Virus record (IMG/VR): IMGVR_UViG_3300031963_009342 | Span: 1-64,000 of that record | DNA: 64,000 bases | Reading direction: 5' to 3' (one strand) | DNA from: a virus | Shown: positions 29,385-39,226 of the stretch, piece by piece | Position numbering within the stretch: the stretch's first letter is position 1 | How the letters are laid out: each line of letters opens with the position of its first letter | The notes under the pieces: generated by a model | What the model was told of the DNA's origin: nothing | Databases searched by the model: none | The model's input: the letters and a program-made list of their open reading frames with translations, nothing else | Made by a program: the position numbers and the translations under genes

Positions 29385-30356
29385 ATGAAAAATAAAAACT
29401 CACTAAGTCTGGTTACTAGCAAGGATTTTGATATTAAAAGTTATCTAAATACCTGTGTCAATCTTCGTCCTTCTTCTTTGATCATGGACGATCTAAAGTG
29501 GAAGTATATGGTACGTAGTGCTATTCGTGGCAAGAACATTCTGCTTCTTGGTCCAACTGGCTGTGGTAAGACTCTATCTGCACAGACTGTAGCTAAGGCT
29601 ATTGGTCGTGAAGATAACTTCTTCTATTTTAATTTGGGGGCTACGCAAGATGCTCGTAGTGCTTTGATCGGTAATACCCACTTTGATAAGAAGACGGGTA
29701 CTTTGTTTAAGGAGTCTAGCTTCATCAAAGCGATTCGTACTCCAAATGCCATCATTCTTCTTGACGAAATTTCTCGTAGCCATCATGATGGTGTAAATAT
29801 TCTAATGACTGTTCTGGACGATCTACAACGTTATCTACGTCTTGATGAAAAGGACGATTGTGAAGTTGTCAAGGTTGCTGATGGCGTTACTTTTATTGCT
29901 ACAGCTAACGTAGGTAACGAGTATACCGCTACACGTGTAATGGATCGTGCTCTGCTTTCACGTTTTCCGGTAAAGATTGAAGTAGTTCCTCTTGACAAGG
30001 ATAGTGAATATAATCTACTAAAGAGTCGTTTCAATATCGTAGGCGAAGATCAGCTTGAGATTCTCAAGTCTGTTTGTGAAATTGCCGAACATACACGTAA
30101 GCAGGTTAAGCAGGATGACAGCAAGCTAACGAATTTTATTCCTACACGTTCAACTGTTGAGATTGCTGAACTTATTGTTGATGGATTTAATTTGCTTGAA
30201 ATTGCAGAGTCAACCATCTATCCTAACTTCAGCGATGACGGAGGTGTAGACAGCGAACGTACTTATATTCGTCAGCTTGTACAGAAGTACATCAAGGTCG
30301 AGTCTAAGGAGAAGTTGTTCAATGATCCGTTAAAGAACGATCAGCCTCCTTTCTAA
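29385..30356 (+). CDS. MoxR/CbbQ/CobS-like AAA+ ATPase
   Basis: GPTGCGKT, ILLDEISR, IATAN and MDRALLSRF. Confidence 0.92.
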   Translation: MKNKNSLSLVTSKDFDIKSYLNTCVNLRPSSLIMDDLKWKYMVRSAIRGKNILLLGPTGCGKTLSAQTVAKAIGREDNFFYFNLGATQDARSALIGNTHFDKKTGTLFKESSFIKAIRTPNAIILLDEISRSHHDGVNILMTVLDDLQRYLRLDEKDDCEVVKVADGVTFIATANVGNEYTATRVMDRALLSRFPVKIEVVPLDKDSEYNLLKSRFNIVGEDQLEILKSVCEIAEHTRKQVKQDDSKLTNFIPTRSTVEIAELIVDGFNLLEIAESTIYPNFSDDGGVDSERTYIRQLVQKYIKVESKEKLFNDPLKNDQPPF

Positions 30357-30381
30357 TAACTAAATAAACAAACAAACTATT

Positions 30382-32460
30382 ATGAGTAACTATAGTGATT
30401 TCTGGTTGAAAGACAACCATTACGAATGGGATTGGGAAGATGAACTAAATGTGGCTATTGAAGAAGAAGCTGGCACGGATACCAATGTTGATGCTGAGGA
30501 TCGTGTTAGTGAGAATACCGCTAGATTGATTCGTCTTTCGTCCGCTCGTCGTGCTGTTGCTAATTATGTCAGTATTCTTACGAATCAGAATGTACCTGTA
30601 GTATTCAATGATAGTGCAGTAAATTGTACTGATGGTAAGGTGGTTTATATCAGTAGCGATATTACTAAGAAGGACAATTTTGATGTGGCTGTCGGACTAG
30701 CCTTACACGAAGGCAGCCACATCAAATATTCTGACTTTGAAATGCTCAAGACTGTATGGATGAATGTACCCCGTGACATTTATAACTACTCTGAAAAGTT
30801 GAATATTTCAAAGGACGAGGTAGGTAAGACTTGTCAGACAATTCTAAACTATGTAGAAGATCGTTTTATCGATTATACAGTACATCGTAATGCTCCTGGT
30901 TATCGTGGATATTATGATGCTTTGTATGATGAATACTTTAATAACAAGGTAGTCACCGATGCTTTGGAAAGTGATTTGTATCGTACATTGAGCATTGAGT
31001 CTTATTTGTATCGTATTATTAATCTTACAAATCCAAGTACCAATCTAAAGGCACTGCCTGGTTTGTATGATATCGCTAAAGAACTAGATCTTACCAATAT
31101 TAGTCGTTTGATTACTGCTAAGTATCGGTTGAACGTTGCTTATAAAATTGCTGAAATTGTGTTTAAGAATATCAATGAACATACTCAACAGCAAGGTGAA
31201 ATGACGCTGGGTCAAGATGTAGGTATCGGAGAAGGTACTTCGTCTGGGACTTCTATGTCTACTGATAGTAGCAAAGATGCATCTGATGTACTTGGTGGTA
31301 CAGAATCAACTGTAACCACTGATAATACAACTGTTGTTTCAGATATTGGCAACGATCCTAACGTTAGCAAGACCAAACAAAGTAAGATTACAAAGGCTTT
31401 TGAAAAACAGAAGAATTTTATTGCTGGTAAGATCAAGAAGAAGAAGGTTTCTAAACGTGAAAAGGCACTATTGGACGTTCTTGAAAAGAGTCAGATCGAT
31501 CTAGTGCCGGTAGCGCAAGAAATGCTTAAGGCTAGTGGTATGATTGGAAATATTGAGTGTATTCTTGTAAAGAATATGACTAAGGATCTTATTATGTCTG
31601 AGGAATTTCCTATGGGTATTGGTAGTAATAATGAAATTACTCGCAAGGAACTTCAAAAAAACATAGATGATGGTATTGTATTGGGTACAAAACTAGGTCG
31701 TCGTCTTCAAATTCGTAATGAAATTAATATTGATAAGTTTACTCGTCGTAATTTGGGCAAGATTGACAAACGGTTGATGCACGAATTGGGGTTTGAAACC
31801 GATAGCAATATCTTTTACAACACATTTACAACTAAATATAAGAAGGTTAATTTTCATATTAGTGTAGATGCTAGTTCTAGTATGCGAGGCAGTAAGTGGA
31901 ATCGTACAATCAAGTTGTGTGTAGCACTAGCTAAGGCTACATCTATGATTGATAATGTGGATCTTACTATTAGTTTTCGTACAACTATGAGTAATAATCC
32001 ATATATTCTAGTTGCTTATAATTCTAAAGTAGATAAATTTATTAAAATTAAGAATTTGTTTTCTTATTTAATTCCTGTAAATACAACTCCTGAAGGATTG
32101 TGTTTTGAGGCACTAATGAAGTTCTTGCCAAAAGCCGATGGTAGTACAAATAGTTATTTTGTTAATATTAGCGATGGTGAACCTTGTTTTTTCTATAACA
32201 ATACAGTAACTCACATTTCATTTGCTTATCGTGATAAGGAAGCTTGTGAACATACACGTAAACAAGTAAAGAAAATCAAGGAATCTGGATATAATATTAT
32301 TTCATACTTTGTATCGGATTATGATACATTCGGCCTTGACGTTACACGTAATAACTTTAAGACTATGTATGGTAGTGATTCACATTTTATTAATGTAGAG
32401 AATCTGAATCAGATTGTAAAAACTGTTAATAGCAAGATGATGGAAGCTATTGACTTATAA
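30382..32460 (+). CDS. VWA-domain protein with N-terminal HExxH metallopeptidase-like domain (CobT-like)
   Basis: LHEGSH..NYVEDRFID; MIDAS DASSSM, TPEG and ISDGEP. Confidence 0.88.
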   Translation: MSNYSDFWLKDNHYEWDWEDELNVAIEEEAGTDTNVDAEDRVSENTARLIRLSSARRAVANYVSILTNQNVPVVFNDSAVNCTDGKVVYISSDITKKDNFDVAVGLALHEGSHIKYSDFEMLKTVWMNVPRDIYNYSEKLNISKDEVGKTCQTILNYVEDRFIDYTVHRNAPGYRGYYDALYDEYFNNKVVTDALESDLYRTLSIESYLYRIINLTNPSTNLKALPGLYDIAKELDLTNISRLITAKYRLNVAYKIAEIVFKNINEHTQQQGEMTLGQDVGIGEGTSSGTSMSTDSSKDASDVLGGTESTVTTDNTTVVSDIGNDPNVSKTKQSKITKAFEKQKNFIAGKIKKKKVSKREKALLDVLEKSQIDLVPVAQEMLKASGMIGNIECILVKNMTKDLIMSEEFPMGIGSNNEITRKELQKNIDDGIVLGTKLGRRLQIRNEINIDKFTRRNLGKIDKRLMHELGFETDSNIFYNTFTTKYKKVNFHISVDASSSMRGSKWNRTIKLCVALAKATSMIDNVDLTISFRTTMSNNPYILVAYNSKVDKFIKIKNLFSYLIPVNTTPEGLCFEALMKFLPKADGSTNSYFVNISDGEPCFFYNNTVTHISFAYRDKEACEHTRKQVKKIKESGYNIISYFVSDYDTFGLDVTRNNFKTMYGSDSHFINVENLNQIVKTVNSKMMEAIDL

Positions 32461-32477
32461 TATAATTGTGGTATAAT
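32450..32477 (+). promoter_or_regulatory. sigma70-like promoter
   Basis: TTGACT-16-TATAAT with TGn. Confidence 0.7.
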
Positions 32478-32528
32478 ATATAAATGGTGATATATTCACT
32501 AAACAAACATAATAAGAAAGGATAAAAC

Positions 32529-32918
32529 ATGAAAAAGACAGATCGAAAGAATAAGACAAACCTAACAGTAACATGGCCCTCAAACATCTTTACTATTAAA
32601 GAGTTGAATGTTCTGAACCCGGATTTCGTAGAAATTACACTACGAGTTCGTATAAAGAAAGCAATAGAGAGTTCTGAAATTACTGATATTGGTGTACTTC
32701 ACAATGGTAAAGGCCGTCCTACATTGGTATTTGTACACGGCACTCCAACCAAAGAACATCTTGAGGAGGCTAAGTCAAGACAGGTAATTTTGAAGGATTC
32801 AACTACTGTTAACGTAGTTAACATTAATTCTAAAAAACAAATCGTATCTATTTTTGATGATGCAAAGACAACGAAAAGTGTAATTGAGATGAGTGAAAAT
32901 AAACCGGTTAATGTATAA
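32529..32918 (+). CDS. Putative winged-helix DNA-binding protein
   Basis: FTIKEL...ITLRVRI...GKGRPTLVF matches a wHTH wing pattern. Confidence 0.55.
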   Translation: MKKTDRKNKTNLTVTWPSNIFTIKELNVLNPDFVEITLRVRIKKAIESSEITDIGVLHNGKGRPTLVFVHGTPTKEHLEEAKSRQVILKDSTTVNVVNINSKKQIVSIFDDAKTTKSVIEMSENKPVNV

Positions 32919-32922
32919 TAAA

Positions 32923-33162
32923 TTAAGGATTGTGTGACCAAAGCGGATTGTACGTAAGCAATCCGCTTTTTTCTTTTACATAATAATTTATTTCTGCTTT
33001 TGGCATATTTTTCTTTATTGATCGTATAATACCGGATGTCATGTTCCAACTTCCATGATAAATTGGTTCGTCCATTTCACTGTCCAATACGAGAAACTTT
33101 GTTGAAGAAATTTCAAATATATAAAACAACTTTTCTTTTGGGTTGATTTTTTTGAATGTCAT
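32923..33162 (-). CDS. Hypothetical protein
   Basis: 79 aa ORF filling the gap between two plus-strand genes. Confidence 0.5.
   Translation of the reverse strand: MTFKKINPKEKLFYIFEISSTKFLVLDSEMDEPIYHGSWNMTSGIIRSIKKNMPKAEINYYVKEKSGLLTYNPLWSHNP
32940..32972 (+). terminator. Rho-independent terminator overlapping the 3' end of a convergent ORF
   Basis: AAAGCGGATTG-8-CAATCCGCTTT followed by a T-run. Confidence 0.85.
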
Positions 33163-33170
33163 GTTACTAT
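33143..33170 (+). promoter_or_regulatory. sigma70-like promoter
   Basis: TTGATT-16-TACTAT with TGn. Confidence 0.5.
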
Positions 33171-33180
33171 AGTTATAAAT

Positions 33181-34365
33181 ATGAACGTATTACAAGAATA
33201 TTTCGGCATTGAGTCTTTTGATTTTGGAACAAATAAAAAGAAATTGGTAGATAATCTCAATTTCTTAAAATCAATGTCTGTTGAAGAACAAACTTTTTAT
33301 AAAAAATGGTTAGAAGTACAAAACTATAGAAATGTTGCTAATAAATTAAATACGATAAAAGCTCGTATATGGAGACCTACGGATTTTAATAATGAAACAC
33401 TTACAATTAAAGAAATTGAAAGCTGTCAACCAGAATTGGTTTATGTAGAAACCAAACAACAAAATGAAGATTGGACTTTATTGCGAATATTTGTAAGCAC
33501 ATTTGAGTTTAGTCAAACTCCGGGTCGGTTTCTTAAGTTTCTTATAGTTGATAAAAATAAACCAGAAACTCCATACATCGGAGTTTTAGCTGTTAGTAGC
33601 GATGTAATTACTATTACGGACCGTGACAATTATATTGGGTGGAATTCTGATAATAAAATTAAAGATAAAAAATTAGCACACAGTGCTATTGGTAGTAGTA
33701 TTATTAGTACACAACCATTTGGATATAATTTTCTGGGTGGTAAATTGGCAGCCGCGATGGTTGTTAGTAGCGGTGTAAGAGATTTATGGAAGAAACTATA
33801 TAATCAAACTCTTGTAGGCATGACCACTACATCGTTGTATGGCAGCTACAGTATGTATAACAGTTTAAAATGGTGGCATAAATGTGGAACTAGTGCTGGT
33901 AAAGTTGCTATAAAACCAGATGATGAAATTTATAAAGTGTGGCACAATTGGGTAAAAGAAAATTGTACTGAAAAATATGATAAAGCTATGACTCAAAAAG
34001 AAGGAGTAAGTGGACCTGTAACCGGTGCTAAATCAAGAGTCATAGGAATGATCTTTAGCAAGTGTGATATAAAACAAAGTCATTATATGCACGGTTATGA
34101 ACGAGGTGTATATTACAGTTGTTTTTATGATAACAGCAAAGAATTCTTTCAAAATAAAATTACCGAAGATAAATTGGTGATGAAGAAGTTATTTGTTGAT
34201 GATAATAAAGCCATTATGGAATGGTGGAAACCAAAGGCTATTGAAAGATATAAGAAATTAAAGAGTGAAGGTAATTTAAAAACTGATATACACTTTTATA
34301 ATCAAATGATCGGCATGACATATGATGAAGCAAAGAGTGTTTATTTTCACGAAGTTGGTCGTTGA
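33181..34365 (+). CDS. DUF4338 / Druantia DruA-like protein
   Basis: PGRFLKFLIVD, RDNYIGW, QPFGYNFLGGKL and TTTSLYG..SMYN. Confidence 0.75.
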   Translation: MNVLQEYFGIESFDFGTNKKKLVDNLNFLKSMSVEEQTFYKKWLEVQNYRNVANKLNTIKARIWRPTDFNNETLTIKEIESCQPELVYVETKQQNEDWTLLRIFVSTFEFSQTPGRFLKFLIVDKNKPETPYIGVLAVSSDVITITDRDNYIGWNSDNKIKDKKLAHSAIGSSIISTQPFGYNFLGGKLAAAMVVSSGVRDLWKKLYNQTLVGMTTTSLYGSYSMYNSLKWWHKCGTSAGKVAIKPDDEIYKVWHNWVKENCTEKYDKAMTQKEGVSGPVTGAKSRVIGMIFSKCDIKQSHYMHGYERGVYYSCFYDNSKEFFQNKITEDKLVMKKLFVDDNKAIMEWWKPKAIERYKKLKSEGNLKTDIHFYNQMIGMTYDEAKSVYFHEVGR

Positions 34366-34390
34366 CATTTTATAATTTGTGATGTAATAT
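34362..34390 (+). promoter_or_regulatory. sigma70-like promoter
   Basis: TTGACA-17-TAATAT ending 6 nt before ATG 34397. Confidence 0.75.
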
Positions 34391-34396
34391 TATAAA

Positions 34397-35314
34397 ATGA
34401 TGAAAAAATCACTATGTTGCATCAGTCTCAAACTTCAAGAGCAAGGAATCAAAGGGTCAACCATGACCAAAACACGATTTCTTGCTCTTGATCGTAAAAA
34501 TGCAGAAAAAATTGTTGCAGATCGTACTCTCAACAATGTTTTTGTTACGCGTAAAACTCTGGAATTTTGTGTTTCTAAAAAATGGAACTATCGTGTTACA
34601 AGTGGTATGATGCCGTTGGAAACACTTCCCGAAGCAAATTTGTTACTAGAATCTGCCTATAATTTCAAGTCTATCAAAAACGAATTTGATTTGTGTGTTA
34701 AAGTAATCAAGGATAACAATATTCGTTGTAGCACGCATCCGGATCAATTTGTTGTACCGGCTAGTTCAAACTCAGCTGTAGTAACCAAATCCATCGAAGA
34801 ACTAAAGATGCATGCCAAAATGATGGATATGCTTGGTTTACCACAATCATATGAATCTCCTATCAACATTCATATGAACTGTTACAAGGGTGATGTAAAA
34901 GATATCGCCTTGCGTTTTATTGATGTCTATAAAACATTTCCTGACAATGTGAAGTCAAGACTGGTTTTGGAGAACGAAGACAAACCTAATAGTTGGAAAG
35001 TTGAAGAACTGTATGATTTGATTTATTCTCAAACCGGTATTCCGATTACATATGACAATCTTCATTTTCGTTGTAATCCAGGCAAACTATCCGCTAAAGA
35101 TGCAGTAAAACTTGCAAAATCTACTTGGGGTAAGTATACGCCACTGTTTCATTTTAGTGATAACGATTTAAATAATAGTAATCCACGTGCACATGGTGAT
35201 TATGTACGTAACATTCCTGACGAATATGTAGGTGAATATGATGTGGATTATGAGTTTGAATTTAAGGCTAAAGATTACGCGATTGAAAAATTTGAAAAAG
35301 AGTTTAATCTATAA
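34397..35314 (+). CDS. uvsE: UV damage endonuclease
   Basis: YRVTS, HPDQF, INIH, RLVLENED, ITYDNLH, FHFS, RAH.D and EFKAKD. Confidence 0.92.
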   Translation: MMKKSLCCISLKLQEQGIKGSTMTKTRFLALDRKNAEKIVADRTLNNVFVTRKTLEFCVSKKWNYRVTSGMMPLETLPEANLLLESAYNFKSIKNEFDLCVKVIKDNNIRCSTHPDQFVVPASSNSAVVTKSIEELKMHAKMMDMLGLPQSYESPINIHMNCYKGDVKDIALRFIDVYKTFPDNVKSRLVLENEDKPNSWKVEELYDLIYSQTGIPITYDNLHFRCNPGKLSAKDAVKLAKSTWGKYTPLFHFSDNDLNNSNPRAHGDYVRNIPDEYVGEYDVDYEFEFKAKDYAIEKFEKEFNL

Positions 35315-35325
35315 ATAATAATATT

Positions 35326-35925
35326 ATGGAAAATATTTGTCCGATCATTGTACTAAACCACATTACGGATCGTATCAATCAACATCACAAATTGTATAAA
35401 ACTTTACCTGTAAAAGACATATATTGGGAATATATACTTTCAAATTCATTAAAAGATGCAAATTTTAAGTGTAAATGGGATGGTGATAGTCACGATGCGG
35501 GTAAAGACATTATTGTTGAGGATATGAAATATAAACGTATTTCTTGTAAATCAGGAAAGTTATCGTTTAGTAAAAGAAAAAATAAAATTGAAACGTTGAA
35601 CATTAGTGGATTTCGCACAACGTCACAAAAAACTTTAGAAGAAAAACTCAATTATATTGACAATAATCATGAGGATATTGTATACTCATTAAGTTCAACA
35701 TTATTTAAATCACATAAAAAATATGTTTTAACTATCTTTACTCCACCTAAGTTTAAAGATTTAACGTGGACCGAGAGTTATACAAAGAAAAATAAAGTAA
35801 ATTATAAGTCATCTAAATTAAACGGCGTTTATGCTAAGATATTGTCATCGTGTAGCGACCAGTTATGGTATTGGATAGATTATGATTGTTCCTTAATACT
35901 AGAAAAGTATGATATTCAACTTTAA
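35326..35925 (+). CDS. Putative PD-(D/E)XK restriction endonuclease
   Basis: WEYIL...SHDAGKDII...ISCKS; overlaps the downstream methyltransferase gene. Confidence 0.5.
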   Translation: MENICPIIVLNHITDRINQHHKLYKTLPVKDIYWEYILSNSLKDANFKCKWDGDSHDAGKDIIVEDMKYKRISCKSGKLSFSKRKNKIETLNISGFRTTSQKTLEEKLNYIDNNHEDIVYSLSSTLFKSHKKYVLTIFTPPKFKDLTWTESYTKKNKVNYKSSKLNGVYAKILSSCSDQLWYWIDYDCSLILEKYDIQL

Positions 35926-36922
35926 ATTAGAAAATTTTATAAATCATAGAAATTCAACAAGAAATTTGAATGATCAAGAATTTGAAATAGCAAAAGTAGA
36001 ATTAGCTTATCAACTCGAGAATTATGATTATAAGATAAAATTTACAGATAAAGAATTACGGAGTGATTGGAATAATTTATGTAAATTTAATGAAGATGTT
36101 AAAGAAATTAGTTCTACAGTTAGACATGGAATGAAATTATCGGAACATTTCATGGATAATTTTTATGATATTAAAGATCCAAAAGGTAGAAGTTTTTCAA
36201 ATCAATGGACTTCCTCAAATCTACAAAAAATACTAACGTGGAATAGAAAATCTCACAGTACTCCTTATCTTTCTGAAATTAAAAGAGGAGTATATTTCTG
36301 TACAGGTATGACCAAAAATACAATGTACAGACCGACGTTGACTAAACTTATATGTAATAAATATGCTAAGTGTGGTTATGTATTAGATCCGTGTTGTGGA
36401 TGGGGTGGCAGAATGATGGGTACAGTCGCGTCCGGTGCACATTATATTGGTTTTGAACCTAATACCAAAACGTATAATAATTTATTAAAAATTGTATCTT
36501 TTTTGGGAATAAATCATCTTGTCACGATACACAATGATGTCGCGGAAAATATTCACAAATACGATTTACCAAAAATTAATTTAATTATTACAAGTCCTCC
36601 TTACTATAATTTAGAAATTTATTCGGACGAAATCACACAATCTGTAAAAAACAATCAATCATATGAACAGTGGATTGATTGTTTTTTAAAACCGGTAATT
36701 AAATCATGTTTGGATAAAGGGTGTGAGGATGTAGTCAGTGCGTGGAACGTAATGAACTTTGGTAAGATAAAAATGATAACCGACGTAGAAAAAATACATA
36801 ACGAGTTTGGATATGTTAATATAGACAAATACAACGTTGTGAGTAGTAAACGACAATCTAATCAAAATAAAACTAAAAATGAGAAAAATAACGATTCAAC
36901 TATTTGTTATAGCAAAATATAA
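35909..36922 (+). CDS. Amino (N4-C/N6-A) DNA methyltransferase
   Basis: Motif I VLDPCCGWGGR, IGFEPN and motif IV TSPPY. Confidence 0.88.
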   Translation: MIFNFKLENFINHRNSTRNLNDQEFEIAKVELAYQLENYDYKIKFTDKELRSDWNNLCKFNEDVKEISSTVRHGMKLSEHFMDNFYDIKDPKGRSFSNQWTSSNLQKILTWNRKSHSTPYLSEIKRGVYFCTGMTKNTMYRPTLTKLICNKYAKCGYVLDPCCGWGGRMMGTVASGAHYIGFEPNTKTYNNLLKIVSFLGINHLVTIHNDVAENIHKYDLPKINLIITSPPYYNLEIYSDEITQSVKNNQSYEQWIDCFLKPVIKSCLDKGCEDVVSAWNVMNFGKIKMITDVEKIHNEFGYVNIDKYNVVSSKRQSNQNKTKNEKNNDSTICYSKI

Positions 36923-36934
36923 TTAATAAACAAG

Positions 36935-36963
36935 TTGACGTTTTGAAAAATTAGTGTTAATAT
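36935..36963 (+). promoter_or_regulatory. sigma70-like promoter
   Basis: TTGACG-17-TAATAT with TGn. Confidence 0.7.
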
Positions 36964-37025
36964 AAATTTAAGTTAGTAACATACTAACGAAACAAAAACA
37001 AATAAAAAAGAAAGAAAAAATAAAT

Positions 37026-37232
37026 ATGTATACACGCACAAATACTCGTAATAAAACTAACTTCGTAGGTCACAATACAACCGGCGTAGAGATTTATCTA
37101 TCTACCCCCGTTGCAAAGGCTAAGAAGGCGTCTCGCTTGACTCTACGTACCGGTAATACCCGTATCGATCTAGACGGTCGCCAAATTAAGGCTCTACGTG
37201 AAGTCTTGAGTCTGGGTTATAAGAATGCCTGA
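37026..37232 (+). CDS. Small basic hypothetical protein
   Basis: 68 aa; own promoter, A-rich leader, and CGT/CTA/AAG codon usage like the replication genes. Confidence 0.7.
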   Translation: MYTRTNTRNKTNFVGHNTTGVEIYLSTPVAKAKKASRLTLRTGNTRIDLDGRQIKALREVLSLGYKNA

Positions 37233-37259
37233 TAACTAAATCGGTTCATATATATTAAT

Positions 37260-37511
37260 ATGAACTGCGATTTTAATCACATAATGTTATGGTTGCTAAT
37301 TGTGTTAGCAACCATAATTTCTTTTTTATCTATATTTTTGAGTTTAAGACTTGTTAAAAAATTTGATGAATTTGAACTTATTACATCTAACGCCATTGAA
37401 ATACTAAATAACGAACGAATAAATTTGTTAAAACAAGTTGAAATATTATATCGTCGTGGTAGAATATTAAATAATGAAACAAAGGAAAATAACAGAAAAC
37501 GTAACAAATAA
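37260..37511 (+). CDS. Small membrane protein
   Basis: N-terminal TM helix followed by a coiled coil. Confidence 0.55.
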   Translation: MNCDFNHIMLWLLIVLATIISFLSIFLSLRLVKKFDEFELITSNAIEILNNERINLLKQVEILYRRGRILNNETKENNRKRNK

Positions 37512-37950
37512 ATCCCGCGGATTATTTGACCATGTAAATCATATACGGGAAATTAAAAATCCAGACTATTATGCAAGTCTAACTGACTCTGAAAAAACAT
37601 CTTTCAATAAATATATGATCGTTAGAATATTAAGCATGGATAGTGATCTAATTGAAGAAATGGCACTCATATCTAAATATTTTCAGATTATTCCAAACGA
37701 ACAATTTTACAAGATAATGATTGAAGTAGTTCCAAAAGGTAGAAAATTTTGTAAGTATATAAAGGGTTCGTTGGATAATATAAACAAAACTGTACTGGAA
37801 TGCATTTGTAAAAAGTTCTCTGTTGGAGAGTCCGACGCTAAAGATTATTATAATGTATTTATTTCTTCTGAAACAGGCATAAAAGATTTAGTTTGCTTAA
37901 TTGAAGGATTTGGTTTTTCTGAAAAAGAAGTGGAAAAAATGTTATCATGA
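37474..37950 (+). CDS. Clamp loader small subunit (T4 gp62-like)
   Basis: LFDHVNHI...FNKYMIVRILSM...PKGRKFCKYIK pattern. Confidence 0.7.
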   Translation: MKQRKITENVTNKSRGLFDHVNHIREIKNPDYYASLTDSEKTSFNKYMIVRILSMDSDLIEEMALISKYFQIIPNEQFYKIMIEVVPKGRKFCKYIKGSLDNINKTVLECICKKFSVGESDAKDYYNVFISSETGIKDLVCLIEGFGFSEKEVEKMLS

Positions 37951-38579
37951 AAATTATTGGTGTATCCGGATTTGCTAGAAGTGGTAAAGACTTGTTTACC
38001 AGTGTAGCCCAAAACATATTATCTGAACTGGGAATTAAATCGGAAAAGTATGCTTTGGCATATGAACTTAAAAATGATTTAAAAGATCTTATTAAGGAAA
38101 AAGTAAATATAGATGTTTTTACAGAAAATACTTCCGAAAAAAGTATTATACGACCTTTATTAGTTGCGTATGGCGATTTAATGCGTAAAACAAGCGAAGG
38201 CAAATATTGGACTTCTAAAGTAGAAAACAGAATCGTTGATAGTAAAGCTGACGTGGTATTTATAACAGATATTCGTTATGATGTTTATCCGGAAGACGAA
38301 TGTACATGGCTACAGAAGAAAATGTCTGGAAAATTAGTTCATATTACAAAATATAAACTGTCACCGATACCTTCAGGCAACCGTTTTAGTAAAAATAAAA
38401 TTACTAAAATATATGATTCGGCTCCAAATGAACATGAGTTATTAAACAATCCCAAGATTTTGAAACGTGCAGATGTTGCTTTGGAATGGCAAGACTTTTC
38501 GGATTATTGTGATATTAAAACACATCCAACAATTCGGACTACTGTATCGGACGTACTAAAAAAGATCAACGTAATTTAA
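37947..38579 (+). CDS. Deoxynucleoside monophosphate kinase
   Basis: IIGVSGFARSGKD, RPLLVAYG..MR and ITDIRY. Confidence 0.85.
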   Translation: MKIIGVSGFARSGKDLFTSVAQNILSELGIKSEKYALAYELKNDLKDLIKEKVNIDVFTENTSEKSIIRPLLVAYGDLMRKTSEGKYWTSKVENRIVDSKADVVFITDIRYDVYPEDECTWLQKKMSGKLVHITKYKLSPIPSGNRFSKNKITKIYDSAPNEHELLNNPKILKRADVALEWQDFSDYCDIKTHPTIRTTVSDVLKKINVI

Positions 38580-38847
38580 ACCGTTTTATTTCGTGATTAC
38601 TGCCGTGTGTGAAAATGATAATGTCATCGGTTGTTTTTGACTTAAAATATTCTAATAAACCGGTACAATTTGAATTTACAAATTGAATGTATATATTGTT
38701 ACATTCTTCCGATTTTTGAGCTTTTTTTTGTTTTTGACACGAACAGATTTTACCCACGCTTAATATACAAGAACGCAAATTTGATACGGACGGAATATTA
38801 TCAGATCCTATAAAATTTAATAATGCTTGTGGTCCACTTATATTCAT
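38566..38847 (-). CDS. Cys-rich hypothetical protein
   Basis: 93 aa with a CSC motif; last gene of the minus-strand operon. Confidence 0.6.
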   Translation of the reverse strand: MNISGPQALLNFIGSDNIPSVSNLRSCILSVGKICSCQKQKKAQKSEECNNIYIQFVNSNCTGLLEYFKSKTTDDIIIFTHGSNHEIKRFKLR

Positions 38848-39221
38848 AATAATTTTTTAACTATTAGGTATAGACTAAGGCTAACGATATAATTTATTGG
38901 AAATACCATACTAGCAAACACAAAATGATATTCCAAAACAAATGTTAACAAGTTTACTGAAAACAAAGTGGTCCAAAAACACAAACATATCGGACATGAC
39001 AGTAGTTTGGTTAAATAACCCGGATACATACCATAAATAAATTCTGGATAAGTAGACATTACATCAATTTCCGATTTATATCTATTAAACTCGTTTACTT
39101 TTAATAAATTTCTTGTATTGGTTAAATTAGCAATAGTTACAACAATATCACTTTCAAACCAAACGATCATTATAAATGTTACCCAACATATAATTGGAAT
39201 ATTAAAATCAGTAAAGCTCAT
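38844..39221 (-). CDS. Membrane protein with CxxC (DUF1360-like)
   Basis: LLSCPICLCFW and about three hydrophobic helices. Confidence 0.6.
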   Translation of the reverse strand: MSFTDFNIPIICWVTFIMIVWFESDIVVTIANLTNTRNLLKVNEFNRYKSEIDVMSTYPEFIYGMYPGYLTKLLSCPICLCFWTTLFSVNLLTFVLEYHFVFASMVFPINYIVSLSLYLIVKKLL

Positions 39222-39226
39222 ATAAT

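Noticed and set aside
29385-32460. Cobalamin biosynthesis (cobS/cobT)
   Set aside because: No cobN or other cob genes; this is a generic MoxR-VWA pair.
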